From a virus (Duplodnaviria > Heunggongvirae > Uroviricota > Caudoviricetes): 64,000 nucleotides of DNA. Each line of letters opens with the position of its first letter. Within the stretch, counting starts at the first letter, position 1. The position numbers and the translations under genes were made by a program. The notes under the pieces are model-generated. The model did no database searches, was not told the DNA's origin, and was given only the letters and a program-made list of their open reading frames with translations. Positions 55,801 through 64,000 of this stretch are shown here, in pieces. The DNA is taken from the IMG/VR virus record IMGVR_UViG_3300010352_001127; one strand, given 5' to 3'.

Positions 55801-56096
55801 TACCTGATTTGAGCACTTTTGTAGAAAATGGTCAAGATAAAACAAAGATTATAAAACCGCAGACTAAATTTAGTGTAGGTTTGAAAATATTCTTCAAATT
55901 CCAAGGAAATAAAACATCTTCAGAAACATTTTTAGTTGATGGAGCGACAAATAGCACTAAATCAAGAAAAATAAAATTCTGGTTTGAAACAAATGATAAT
56001 ACTACTTATCAATTTGTTATCAATTTCAATTTAAATAGATTTAGAACTTATTTAAAACCAAAAACTGATGTAAGTGCTGTTACTGACATTGTTTAA
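52887..56096 (+). CDS. Large virion structural protein candidate (1069 aa; baseplate or fibre class)
   Basis: Size, Thr/Ser/Asn-rich beta composition, and tandem position with 56113..60162 next to uvsW; no enzymatic motifs. Confidence 0.45.
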   Translation: MESVNSFITLAEKITRLNANCVEILTKTNDLVSSESDSVKIAYDNNGAVNTYSQPTVGYLKNQIDILNQNMKRMASIEGYTYIRDGQSYKRIMTSDLNKEPAPISGVAQVTTFTPINNHFFESLMNPMLAVTIDLTDKVEEAVRKILSRRYIVRFEKNADGSLTEAGLRSFNSFASTFLNRSDINITDFLAWYNNPTNDGLVVDTVEPYDEQIYDLKLKELNYYGVFSVIKVEIDDINNKMWYHVNDIKYYGKDGTIKSLVIGDELIVNKLNAGTRYRVVEVNTDSSNTKIRLENIEGYDPVVVGTNVLKYYSDISNQKSVQIDIGFDEYIVQFVKPINTDDNIMGSLWSNGISFYTNDLLLDTNNNINLSNYYIQAVYDYGTWLRDKLTKSMPTVYGTTPNIPVLDADNFKVVQINKHLTDDTDQDTLKKLHSDKSSVKTKISQLNSSIVQKTSKLNAGGLTTNEKQTYLSEINKLKTDLSVSSSNLSSLLTQINDLNVGTTSSTVSPKYRVRGFWRMPEPIISDKTSPQHVVQFRIQYRYSSKSGNSNNIQTFNYAKVQSTSTVSVTPTSTSTNTNLSSKISGSAAVAATSTENVGKTVPVASTQVSTTTENPDNGPQYANFSNWVEILSDVRKRYYDETTKQWYWKIEDVSDAETPNINQLDIPISANEKVEIRVKSISEVGWPDSLIESDWSNVLAVDFPDDLKDVLNDNQFILAEASQDSTTVALETTLSSKGVDKHVADSYNVNQDYVAHKDTSIAVSIKSDNSQNMNLFQYLTYLTNRVAALEQQIAGTRGTLNITLYKKSTLLKNITNNTTTNINIECEDYGTQLTGTGRTYVNSVYVVDDYVVSFENTNQSGNLGFLSARSYTSGGTNAFYTDNLHKILLVDYNSNLYTQKDNQFIWFADRDSNDWLSSGATNLNQIQYYLSHSTYNIGTSGSSSTALYNVNNLFVGGAPQVNDLLCAVFPYLPDLSTFVENGQDKTKIIKPQTKFSVGLKIFFKFQGNKTSSETFLVDGATNSTKSRKIKFWFETNDNTTYQFVINFNLNRFRTYLKPKTDVSAVTDIV

Positions 56097-56112
56097 AAAT
56101 TAAAATAACTTA

Positions 56113-59100
56113 ATGATAAATAAGAGTTTTCAGTTAATTAGAACAAATCCGTTATTAACATCAAATTTAAAAGTTGTTGTTGATTCTAATTATAAATTAT
56201 ACTTAGAAAGTTTTAATTCTAACAGTGATCTTAGCAATGTTAAATTCAAACATATGACTATGACTAAAACAGAATATTTGGAAGATAAAATTCCGAAATT
56301 CTATAAAGGTCTTCCGATAGATTTGGCTTTCGATGTTAAATACGATAACGATAATAAGGTTATTCAAAGTAAATACGATCATCAATTTGACACCACTTAT
56401 TTCTCGGGTGGAGCTTACGTTGAAGATCAATGGTATTCAGAAGAATTCGATTATTTGGCCCCTCTTTATATAAGAAAAGATTCTCTTCCAAAGGGATTTG
56501 TGATATTAAGAGTGGATGATCCTTCGGGATATAATCTTAATGTTAATAATTATTTTGAACTAAATAGTCTTTCATCTAGTAATTTTAAAGAAATAGTTGA
56601 TAACTGGAAATGTATAAAATTCTTTGATATGTCATATTCTTCTGATTTGGGATCGTGGTTAACTAATAATTACACCAACAACGCAAGATTTCCAAAGACT
56701 GCTTTTGAATATCATCCCGAACGCGCTGAATTTTCATATTGGTATGGAATGGATTATAAAACAGGTATTTATACATCACACCCAATATTTATGGATGATC
56801 GTGATGAAATTGAAACTCCTCATTTTAGATGGGAGAAATATATTACTGAGGGATACAAACAGAGTGGTATTATTTTCCCATTTATTTTAAATTTAAAATT
56901 TCTTTTTGATGACACACCAGCTACACCAGATACTCTTAGAAAATATTCTATGAATAGATATTTTGGTTTTTATGTTGATAGTATGGATTATGTTGGAAGT
57001 GTAACTTCATATAGAAGTCCTGCGATGATAGAGAATACTTATTTGGTTAATAATATTATAGTTTCTGGTTTCACTGGAATGACAACTGATCAAATATGTA
57101 GATTAGATTATTATGATATTCCAACGGTAAATCCTTTTACTGGAACATGGGATGATAGTAAACAATATTACGTTTTTGTTGACAATACTTCTGATTTTGA
57201 TCGAACAAAAACAATTTCTGGTTTATATCAAGTTCAAAGAGTTATGCAAAACAACAAATATGTCTATAAAGTTATTAGTGATGAAATATTAGATCCATAT
57301 TGGAACACTGGTTATACGAACATAAAAACAGTAGATATTAATTATACTGGAAATTATAACATAATAAGTGGAATCACAGACGATTTCTTCGTCGACAAAT
57401 ATATTGATTGTAATGGCTATGAAAAATATATGTATGGAGATCTTTATTTAATTGAAATAGGTGATAAATATCATGTTTTAAAATATAGTTCTGGAATGAC
57501 AGAAGAAAACGAACTGACTGTAGATCCATTAACGGGCGATCTTGAAGATTGGAAATACTATATTCAAACAGATTACGCTATAAATTTAGACTCTAAAAAT
57601 CTAGAATATTGGATATTAGGAAAAAATTCTGATTATTATAAACAAGTTCCTGTAGAAACGACTGTTGCTCCTCCTCTAACTTTTCCAATTTATAGAGTAA
57701 AATTTTCTGATATAAAAGATTTTGATTTTGAAAGAATTCATACTGGATATTCTGATTTCGATTATGAAAAATCTGAATATGTAGATACTACCGAAGAAAA
57801 ATTATGGGCTTTTGATTATAATGATCCGAGCATTCCACCAAGCAAACGCGTGGAAGAACCTGGTACTCCAGCCCAATATAAAATTAGTAACATTTCTTCC
57901 GAATACATCGCAGACGACGAGCTTTATGAAGTTTTTGACTTGGGGCAACAAAATACTTTTGCTGGAAGTAATAATACTGAAAATAAATTATACGAATTAA
58001 CAGACATATGGCGTAAAAATCAATCTATTTGTAAGTGGGGATTTATGGGGTCAATATCTCATTCTGACTACCCATATAAACTTAATAACAATTATGAAGT
58101 TGGTGGTCCTTATAATCGCACCTGTGATCCATTCTATACCATTCCCGATCCAGTATCAAAAAATATGGATTATTTTTACAGGCTTGGCAATTTTTATGAT
58201 GGAACAAGTGGAAGTACTGTTTATTATAAAAACCAAACGACCAATATTCAATATGATTTTGTAACAGGTCAAATAGGAAGCGGTTTTGATTTAGATGCGT
58301 ATTTTACTTTGAATTTTGACTATTTTACTTACTGGTTTAAAAACAAAGAATATTATGAAGAAAATGCTCAATTATATACAAGAAGTTATGACAAATATTC
58401 TGTATTTAATTATGGCGATGATAATGTTCCTTCTGTTACTTTATTTAAAGGGTTGAAAATCAAACTAAATGAAGTTCAAAATATTTATACAACAGAAGAC
58501 GGGAAAACAATAAACAAAATTCTTTTTGGAACCAAGTCCTATAATAATTATAAATTATCTATAATTTTTAATGAAAATTATGCGGGATTAAATACAGGTT
58601 TGTTGAATAACAAATATATTGATACTTCTAGAAATAGTATTAGTGTTATATTAAATGAAAAATATCAAAATGTATTAATCATATTAAATGCTATGATGTC
58701 GGGTGACACTATTGATAGTGGCACATTGAATGACACTAGTTTATTTAATGAAAAAGACGGATTATATTATGGAAAAAAATTAGATGGAAGTTTTATAACT
58801 GGAAATAATAGTTATAATCCTAATATATTTACAGCTTCTAATTTTATTAATGCTATAAATGATTACAATGTAGATTATGGATTATCAGTCAAATACTATT
58901 GGATAAAGGAATCAGATGAGATAATCTATACTGGAAACACAACAGCCAATAATTTTGGAAACTCTTCGATGTCTAATATTCCAGAATGGCCTTATAATTT
59001 TATGCCTTTTATTCTAACAATAGAAACTCCCGTACCGATGAGTTTGAATAATAACTGTTACACAACATATCCCTATTATGTGAATAGTGTTCAAGATGAT

Positions 59101-60162
59101 TATGTTGCTACATTACTAACATTTAACGAAAATAGAAACGAAAAAACTTTAATATACAGATTTTCTGGTCCATACGAACCAGTTTTCAAAGACATAAGTT
59201 TATTTGAAGGTGGATATTTTTGTTATAATAATATACAAGCTACAACGGGAGTTACAATGAGTGGCGCAACTCAATCAAACGCTTCAGCTTCTTTTGAATT
59301 TCCATCAACTCCGCCCGCTCAATGGGAAGGATTTGAAAAAATATGTAGCGTTGATGGTGGATACATTCAAATTAACTTTCCTCCCACAGGAGGCGATACT
59401 ACTTCAAAATTCTTATGTATAAGAGGTTTTGATTTTTCAATAATTCCTCCAGATGCTATAATAAATGGAATAGAAATGTCATTGACAAGAAAATCCTTTG
59501 CTTATGTGCCTCAAAACGATCCACTTGGAATTTATGTTCAAGATAGTGTTGTATGCCTAGCAAGAACTTGTTATGATACTACTTTATTATCGGACAACAA
59601 AGCTAATCAGGGATCTATTTTAGATAATCCATTAATTCCATATTGGTCGACAACACAGCAAACAGTAAAATATGGTAGTCCTACAGACTTTTGGGGCGAT
59701 GGTCCGACTCCACCAGGAACTCCCGGTGCTTGGAGTGGATCGACTTTAAAAGGAATAGATGTGAGCAATCCTTTATTTGGAATAGTTATGGCTGTTAGTA
59801 TGAGAAATAGTGGAACTACTGATAAGAGTATGATATTGCCACAAATACAATGTGCCCAATTGAAAATATATTACTCATGGAATACGGTTGTTTATACTGC
59901 AACGGACACAGTTTATTTTGATAATAACTATAAATTCGATACAAACTTAAATGATTTTGGTGAAATAGATGAGTTAATTTATTCAAAAGTGAATGAAAAT
60001 TCTGATATATTGAAAGATTCACCAGATATATATCATATATATCCATCGATAGACGAGTTTGGATATGAATATGGTGAAAGATTTATATTCAAATCTTCGT
60101 GGGATAAAGAATTCTTTACTAAAACCAATAACAGTTTAAAAGAGGATTCAGGACATGTGTGA
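56113..60162 (+). CDS. Large virion structural protein candidate (1349 aa)
   Basis: As above; 16-nt spacing implies co-transcription. Confidence 0.45.
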   Translation: MINKSFQLIRTNPLLTSNLKVVVDSNYKLYLESFNSNSDLSNVKFKHMTMTKTEYLEDKIPKFYKGLPIDLAFDVKYDNDNKVIQSKYDHQFDTTYFSGGAYVEDQWYSEEFDYLAPLYIRKDSLPKGFVILRVDDPSGYNLNVNNYFELNSLSSSNFKEIVDNWKCIKFFDMSYSSDLGSWLTNNYTNNARFPKTAFEYHPERAEFSYWYGMDYKTGIYTSHPIFMDDRDEIETPHFRWEKYITEGYKQSGIIFPFILNLKFLFDDTPATPDTLRKYSMNRYFGFYVDSMDYVGSVTSYRSPAMIENTYLVNNIIVSGFTGMTTDQICRLDYYDIPTVNPFTGTWDDSKQYYVFVDNTSDFDRTKTISGLYQVQRVMQNNKYVYKVISDEILDPYWNTGYTNIKTVDINYTGNYNIISGITDDFFVDKYIDCNGYEKYMYGDLYLIEIGDKYHVLKYSSGMTEENELTVDPLTGDLEDWKYYIQTDYAINLDSKNLEYWILGKNSDYYKQVPVETTVAPPLTFPIYRVKFSDIKDFDFERIHTGYSDFDYEKSEYVDTTEEKLWAFDYNDPSIPPSKRVEEPGTPAQYKISNISSEYIADDELYEVFDLGQQNTFAGSNNTENKLYELTDIWRKNQSICKWGFMGSISHSDYPYKLNNNYEVGGPYNRTCDPFYTIPDPVSKNMDYFYRLGNFYDGTSGSTVYYKNQTTNIQYDFVTGQIGSGFDLDAYFTLNFDYFTYWFKNKEYYEENAQLYTRSYDKYSVFNYGDDNVPSVTLFKGLKIKLNEVQNIYTTEDGKTINKILFGTKSYNNYKLSIIFNENYAGLNTGLLNNKYIDTSRNSISVILNEKYQNVLIILNAMMSGDTIDSGTLNDTSLFNEKDGLYYGKKLDGSFITGNNSYNPNIFTASNFINAINDYNVDYGLSVKYYWIKESDEIIYTGNTTANNFGNSSMSNIPEWPYNFMPFILTIETPVPMSLNNNCYTTYPYYVNSVQDDYVATLLTFNENRNEKTLIYRFSGPYEPVFKDISLFEGGYFCYNNIQATTGVTMSGATQSNASASFEFPSTPPAQWEGFEKICSVDGGYIQINFPPTGGDTTSKFLCIRGFDFSIIPPDAIINGIEMSLTRKSFAYVPQNDPLGIYVQDSVVCLARTCYDTTLLSDNKANQGSILDNPLIPYWSTTQQTVKYGSPTDFWGDGPTPPGTPGAWSGSTLKGIDVSNPLFGIVMAVSMRNSGTTDKSMILPQIQCAQLKIYYSWNTVVYTATDTVYFDNNYKFDTNLNDFGEIDELIYSKVNENSDILKDSPDIYHIYPSIDEFGYEYGERFIFKSSWDKEFFTKTNNSLKEDSGHV

Positions 60163-60615
60163 TCACTCGAGATCGGTTAACTGATATAGAGTTATTTTAT
60201 TTTTAACCGCAAAATTCAAATTATCTATATTTTTGAGAGTTTCTCTCAAGAACTCTATATGATTATCTAATATGTCCTTTTTATGATCATGAGACGCTAA
60301 TTCCCACTCAATCAATTTCATTCTTTCGGAAGCGTTTGTGATATATGGAGCTTGATTTCCAATATAATATTCAAATCTTTGCTTTCTAAAAGATTTGATT
60401 TTCGGCATCATTTTATATATCTGATAAGACATATTTTTTATTTGCTCTGATACTTGTTGGCGAAGACTTATAATCTCAGCCTGAAGTGGAACAACTTCTT
60501 TTGCACTACAAACCATTTTCTTTGTCAGAGATTCAACTGTAGCATTCCAATAATTTTCAGATTCTTCTAATTTTGATATTAATTTATCGACACCTTCTTC
60601 TTCGAGTTCGGCCAT
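60163..60615 (-). CDS. Hypothetical coiled-coil protein
   Basis: Heptad-rich sequence; convergent with the structural genes. Confidence 0.4.
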   Translation of the reverse strand: MAELEEEGVDKLISKLEESENYWNATVESLTKKMVCSAKEVVPLQAEIISLRQQVSEQIKNMSYQIYKMMPKIKSFRKQRFEYYIGNQAPYITNASERMKLIEWELASHDHKKDILDNHIEFLRETLKNIDNLNFAVKNKITLYQLTDLE

Positions 60616-60657
60616 ATTGATTTTTTTATTTTTATAGGACTTTAATATAAAATTGTT

Positions 60658-61401
60658 TTATATTTTCTTATAAGAAATTGTAAAATAGTAATCAAACTTA
60701 AATTGACTAACATCTTTTGTTTGATTATAAATTATTTTAACTGTGTCCAAATTGCTTAGATAATCTGGAGTTATTATGTTAACGTTCGGAATTCTATATT
60801 TAACACTAAAAACAGATTTATTAAAATTTGGGCGCTTTAAAGCTTGATTCTTATCGAAAATAGTAGCACTATTAACAACATCGAAATAATTCGCATAGAA
60901 TACTAATTCTGATATATTATATCTGTTTAGCATATTAACATCAATATAATTATTGATATAGGTGTCTATATTTCTTTCCACCAAATCTTCACTTCTAACA
61001 GTCTTAAACACTCTGTTTTCTTTTAATCTTAAAAATAAATATTCTCTTAATATATTTTTAGCGTTAATGATTATTATCCATTCAAAATTTAGATTCTTAT
61101 CTGAAGTAGTTTCGTTTTGACTATAAATATCAATTGAATGATTTTCATATTTAATATCATCCAACCCTCTTGTTATATTAATTTCTGGATGTAAAATATT
61201 GGTATCATAATATTGATAATGATCGTTTTGAATATTTACTTTATCAACTATTTCTGAATATTGTATAGACATATCATTAATATAAATTTGATCTTCGATA
61301 TCAATAAGTTTACTTCCAAAGAAACTTTTTATTTCTGTAGCTGAGCGAGTGCCGTTTGTTGGAACGGTTTCATATTTTCTTATTATTAAATTACTTTTCA
61401 T
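60658..61401 (-). CDS. Hypothetical protein; start revised to ATG 61401 (ATGA overlap with upstream stop; ORF-track start is TTG)
   Basis: MKSNLIIRKYETV… after the revision. Confidence 0.4.
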   Translation of the reverse strand: MKSNLIIRKYETVPTNGTRSATEIKSFFGSKLIDIEDQIYINDMSIQYSEIVDKVNIQNDHYQYYDTNILHPEINITRGLDDIKYENHSIDIYSQNETTSDKNLNFEWIIIINAKNILREYLFLRLKENRVFKTVRSEDLVERNIDTYINNYIDVNMLNRYNISELVFYANYFDVVNSATIFDKNQALKRPNFNKSVFSVKYRIPNVNIITPDYLSNLDTVKIIYNQTKDVSQFKFDYYFTISYKKI

Positions 61402-61733
61402 CTCCAAATTTCCTCTCCATAAGGATCTATATTATATTGTTCGTAATTTTTTACTAAATTCACTTTTTCGTTTGTTAATTCTACATCACCGTTATCATAA
61501 AGTGTAAATACTCCATATTGATAACTCATCCAGTCATAATTAAAAGCCATATCCTTTATCGCGTTTACATCTTTATCATGAATCTTGGGATTATTTTTTT
61601 CTAAATAATCTTTCGGATCTTTTTTTTTAGCTACAAAATATCCAACGATTTTTCTATTCGGATCTTCCCATTTCTCTTCGCTGTAAGGATCTAATTCATT
61701 AGTTTCGTTTAAAAATCTCTTCACGTGTTTCAT
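61398..61733 (-). CDS. Hypothetical protein carrying the DPY(G/S)EE.W motif at both termini
   Basis: N-terminal …NELDPYSEEKWEDP (61668-61691) and C-terminal …NIDPYGEEIWR* (61404-61427). Confidence 0.45.
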   Translation of the reverse strand: MKHVKRFLNETNELDPYSEEKWEDPNRKIVGYFVAKKKDPKDYLEKNNPKIHDKDVNAIKDMAFNYDWMSYQYGVFTLYDNGDVELTNEKVNLVKNYEQYNIDPYGEEIWR

Positions 61734-61757
61734 TTCTTCTATCGATATCTTTTCTTC

Positions 61758-61771
61758 TATATATTAAAATG
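61758..61771 (-). promoter_or_regulatory. Promoter-like box TTCTATATATTAAAATG upstream of 61398..61733; partner box TTAATATATATATTTT at 61808-61823 lies directly upstream of uvsW
   Basis: Motif family members. Confidence 0.45.
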
Positions 61772-61827
61772 TCAAAAGCTAATTTCAAAAAATAAACATT
61801 TGGCTCATAATTTAATATATATATTTT

Positions 61828-62865
61828 ATGAAATTTAAACTCAACGAAAATAATACCAAACTTCAATTAATAGAAGCGAATAGAGACGAGTATGCTCAAC
61901 TCAAATTAAGCCTGAGCAAGTACGTGAAAAATTATTTCTTTCAGGCTAAATACAAAATGACCAAGTGGGACGGGAAAATAGAATTCATGAAAATGGATAA
62001 GATTAACTTTGGTCTTTGGTATGAAGTTTATAAGGTTTGTAAAGAATATGGTTATCCATTTCAAATAGTTAATAAAGAGCAATTTCCGATAGATAAGAAT
62101 ATTAAAAGAGAAGAAGTTGAAAAATTTTGTTTAGAATTCTTTAAAGATCATAAGTCTAAAGAAGATATTAACAAATCATTCAATCTTTATGAACATCAAA
62201 TTGAAGCGATATATAAAATTCTAAAACATAAATATGGTTTAGTTGAAGTGGCGACAGCTGGCGGAAAGTCCCTCGTTTTCGGGACTTTAATTTTTTATTA
62301 TCTTAATAATATTAATCCAGACGCTAAATTTTTACTTATTGTCCCGAGCATTGGTCTGGTTACTCAATTTTATAATGATTTAATGGACTACAATCTTGGA
62401 TTTCATATGGAAAATAAAACCCCGTCTAATATAAAAATAGATGAGATTATGAGTGAAAGACCAAGAAAACATTTCGACGGAGAACCAAATATATATATTG
62501 GTACATATCAGAGTTTGGAGAAATGGCCAGATGAATTTTTCAAACAATTTGACGTCGTTGCAGTAGACGAATGCCTTCACCCAGACACTTTAATAGAAAC
62601 AACATCAGGAAAAAAGAAAATATGCGATATTAAAAAAGGAGAATCGGTATTTACTTTAAATGAAAAAACAGGCAATAAAGAAATAAAAGAAGTGGATTTT
62701 ATATATAGAAATATAAGTAAAAATGAGCAGATGTTTGAGTTGGAATTTGAGAATGACAATAAAATAAAAATCACTGGGAATCATCAAGTTATTTTAAAAA
62801 ATAAAAAAAGAAAAAGAGTTGATCAGTTAACGGAAGAAGATGAAATTTTTGACATCAATATATGA
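61828..62865 (+). CDS. uvsW: UvsW-type SF2 DNA helicase N-extein (to …VVAVDE, 61828-62571) fused to an N-terminal split-intein half (CLHPDTLIETTSG…ITGNHQVIL…, 62572-62865)
   Basis: WDGKIEF, GLWYEVYKVCKEYGYPF, Walker A VATAGGKSLVFG and LLIVPSIGLVTQF blocks co-linear with T4 UvsW. Intein block A (C-L-x-x-D-T-x-I) begins right after DE of motif II. Block B is TGNHQV. A stop follows 98 intein residues. Confidence 0.65.
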   Translation: MKFKLNENNTKLQLIEANRDEYAQLKLSLSKYVKNYFFQAKYKMTKWDGKIEFMKMDKINFGLWYEVYKVCKEYGYPFQIVNKEQFPIDKNIKREEVEKFCLEFFKDHKSKEDINKSFNLYEHQIEAIYKILKHKYGLVEVATAGGKSLVFGTLIFYYLNNINPDAKFLLIVPSIGLVTQFYNDLMDYNLGFHMENKTPSNIKIDEIMSERPRKHFDGEPNIYIGTYQSLEKWPDEFFKQFDVVAVDECLHPDTLIETTSGKKKICDIKKGESVFTLNEKTGNKEIKEVDFIYRNISKNEQMFELEFENDNKIKITGNHQVILKNKKRKRVDQLTEEDEIFDINI

Positions 62866-63310
62866 ATTTAATAATCAGAATGTAATCGTTCTTGATGATA
62901 ATTCCGATAAAAATGATAAGGAAGAGGTATTTAATTTTTTAAAGAAGAATGTTTTTAGATTTATGAATAGGAAAAACACTGATGAATCTATAAATAGATT
63001 TTTGAAAAAAAATAATATAGTTATAGATATAAATAGGAACTTAACATACAAAAATATATTCGATTTTCTCAATAATACTACTTACGATAATTGTCATTGT
63101 GACAATATAAATTGTGATAATGAAACTAAATTCACTGGATTTTATTCACTTAAATATTTTCCTAGTGGATATCATAAATTTTGTTCTAAAAAATGTATGA
63201 ATGAATGGTTTAGTGATAAACAAAAAGGAGAGAACAATACTTTTCATAGAATGAACAAAGACAGAATTATGAAAAATTTAAAACGTTATGAAAATAAAAA
63301 AAATATCTAA
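62840..63310 (+). CDS. Freestanding ORF between the split-intein halves (frame 2); Cys/His-rich (DNCHCDNINCDNE…GYHKFCSKKCMNEW). Possible small endonuclease/Zn-binding protein or a degenerated HEN domain
   Basis: ATG with the GGAAGAAG SD-like sequence; overlaps both flanking ORFs by ~25 nt; no clear GIY-YIG/HNH/EDxHD signature. Confidence 0.3.
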   Translation: MKFLTSIYEFNNQNVIVLDDNSDKNDKEEVFNFLKKNVFRFMNRKNTDESINRFLKKNNIVIDINRNLTYKNIFDFLNNTTYDNCHCDNINCDNETKFTGFYSLKYFPSGYHKFCSKKCMNEWFSDKQKGENNTFHRMNKDRIMKNLKRYENKKNI

Positions 63311-64000
63311 AATTGATTATGACGGTGACGTATATAATCTTAGAATAAAAGACGACGACGGGTATAACCATAATTATTTTGCTAATGATTTGTGTGTGTC
63401 TAATTGTCATATAGCAAAGGCTAAAACCGTAATATCTATTATGGATAGAACATTTGAATCATCTAAAATTCGTTTTGGTATGAGTGGTAGTTATCCGTCG
63501 GAAGGGAGCGCTGAGCTTTTCACAATAGAATCTTTAACTGGTCCAAAACTCATAAACATTAAGGCTAAAGATTTAATGGAAAAAGGTATCATATCAAAAG
63601 TAAAAATAAAAGGATTGATATTAAATCATAATGAAAAAAGTTTTGCCGAGAACGTTTATGCTATAAAAAGATCTGGTAATGGTAAAAAGGCGTGGGAGTT
63701 GGAGCGCAATTTTGCTCAAGCATCACTTCCTAGAAAAATCTTTTTAGCCAAACTAGTGTCCAAATTTAAGCAAAATTCCATAGTTTTGTTTCAGAATATA
63801 AATTATGGAACAGAGTTATATAATTATTTTAGAGATAATATACCAGGAAAAGATTTCTTCTATATTGATGGAAGCACTTCAAAAGATAAACGTGAGGCTA
63901 TTCGCAAAGAACTAGAGAAGACTGATGGAAATGTAAAGATATTGGTTGGTTCGTTTGGAACAATGAGCACAGGCATAAACATTAAAGCTATTGTAAATCT
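63288..64000 (+). CDS. uvsW: C-terminal split-intein half (63288-63404: MKIKKISKIDYDGDVYNLRIKDDDGYNHNYFANDLCVSN) fused to the UvsW C-extein (from CHIAKAKT…, 63405 onward; runs off the window end)
   Basis: Intein blocks F/G (VYNL…DGYNHNYFANDL…SN|C). The extein restores motif II DE|CH and continues co-linear with T4 UvsW (CHIAKAKTVISIM…FGMSGS…). Confidence 0.65.
   Translation, partial: MKIKKISKIDYDGDVYNLRIKDDDGYNHNYFANDLCVSNCHIAKAKTVISIMDRTFESSKIRFGMSGSYPSEGSAELFTIESLTGPKLINIKAKDLMEKGIISKVKIKGLILNHNEKSFAENVYAIKRSGNGKKAWELERNFAQASLPRKIFLAKLVSKFKQNSIVLFQNINYGTELYNYFRDNIPGKDFFYIDGSTSKDKREAIRKELEKTDGNVKILVGSFGTMSTGINIKAIVN

Noticed and set aside
60163-60205. Weak inverted repeat CGGTTAAC…TTAACCG between convergent genes, as a terminator
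   Set aside because: 7-bp AT-rich stem with a 24-nt loop. The convergent genes abut (60162/60163), leaving no space for an independent element.

Overview
This 64 kb window is AT-rich (about 30% GC, except the collagen-repeat gene and a few probably highly expressed genes). It is densely packed with almost intron-free genes, mostly on the minus strand, and many gene pairs share ATGA or TAATG stop/start overlaps. A promoter-like motif, TTAATATATA(G/A)(A) in coding orientation, recurs about 25 times. I read the window as part of the genome of a large virulent dsDNA phage with T4-like traits: a UvsW-type SF2 helicase, Hsp20, many freestanding homing-endonuclease-like genes, and a late-promoter-like box related to T4 TATAAATA.

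Content by region:
- 1-16 kb: a fibre module. Two paralogous collagen-like proteins (one runs off the window start; the other is a 2913-aa giant with about 2250 residues of uninterrupted G-X-Y), plus Gly-rich, collagen-segment and RCC1-propeller proteins. A radical-SAM / glycosyltransferase-like / SDR-epimerase operon sits inside the module.
- 16-23.4 kb: a host-like auxiliary cluster with PncA-like, lipoprotein, NadR, PnuC, a PEBP (YbhB-type) protein and a full-length TonB-dependent receptor.
- 23.8-32 kb and 40.3-42.4 kb: arrays of a six-member paralogous protein family of unknown function, interleaved with two M20/M28-type metallopeptidase paralogs. The family members and one peptidase share a C-terminal aromatic repeat module.
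- 32-40 kb: HNH endonuclease, Rnl2-like ligase, PPK2, Prs, metallophosphatase and a LAGLIDADG-like remnant.
- 42.7-47.7 kb: homing-endonuclease-like paralogs (Zn-ribbon + NUMOD3-like repeats + Vsr-like nuclease), each preceded by a 47-aa ribbon-helix-helix ORF that the ORF track missed.
- 47.8-61.7 kb: SPFH, nucleotidyltransferase, AAA+, Hsp20, and two very large structural proteins (1069 and 1349 aa).
- 61.8 kb to the window end: a UvsW helicase gene split at motif II (DE|CH) by N- and C-intein halves that lie in different reading frames, with a freestanding ORF between them (a 'fractured gene' / split-intein arrangement).

Several ORF-track N-termini appear to be TTG/GTG artefacts and are revised in the feature list. 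Alt-frame and antisense ORFs inside the collagen repeats are spurious.
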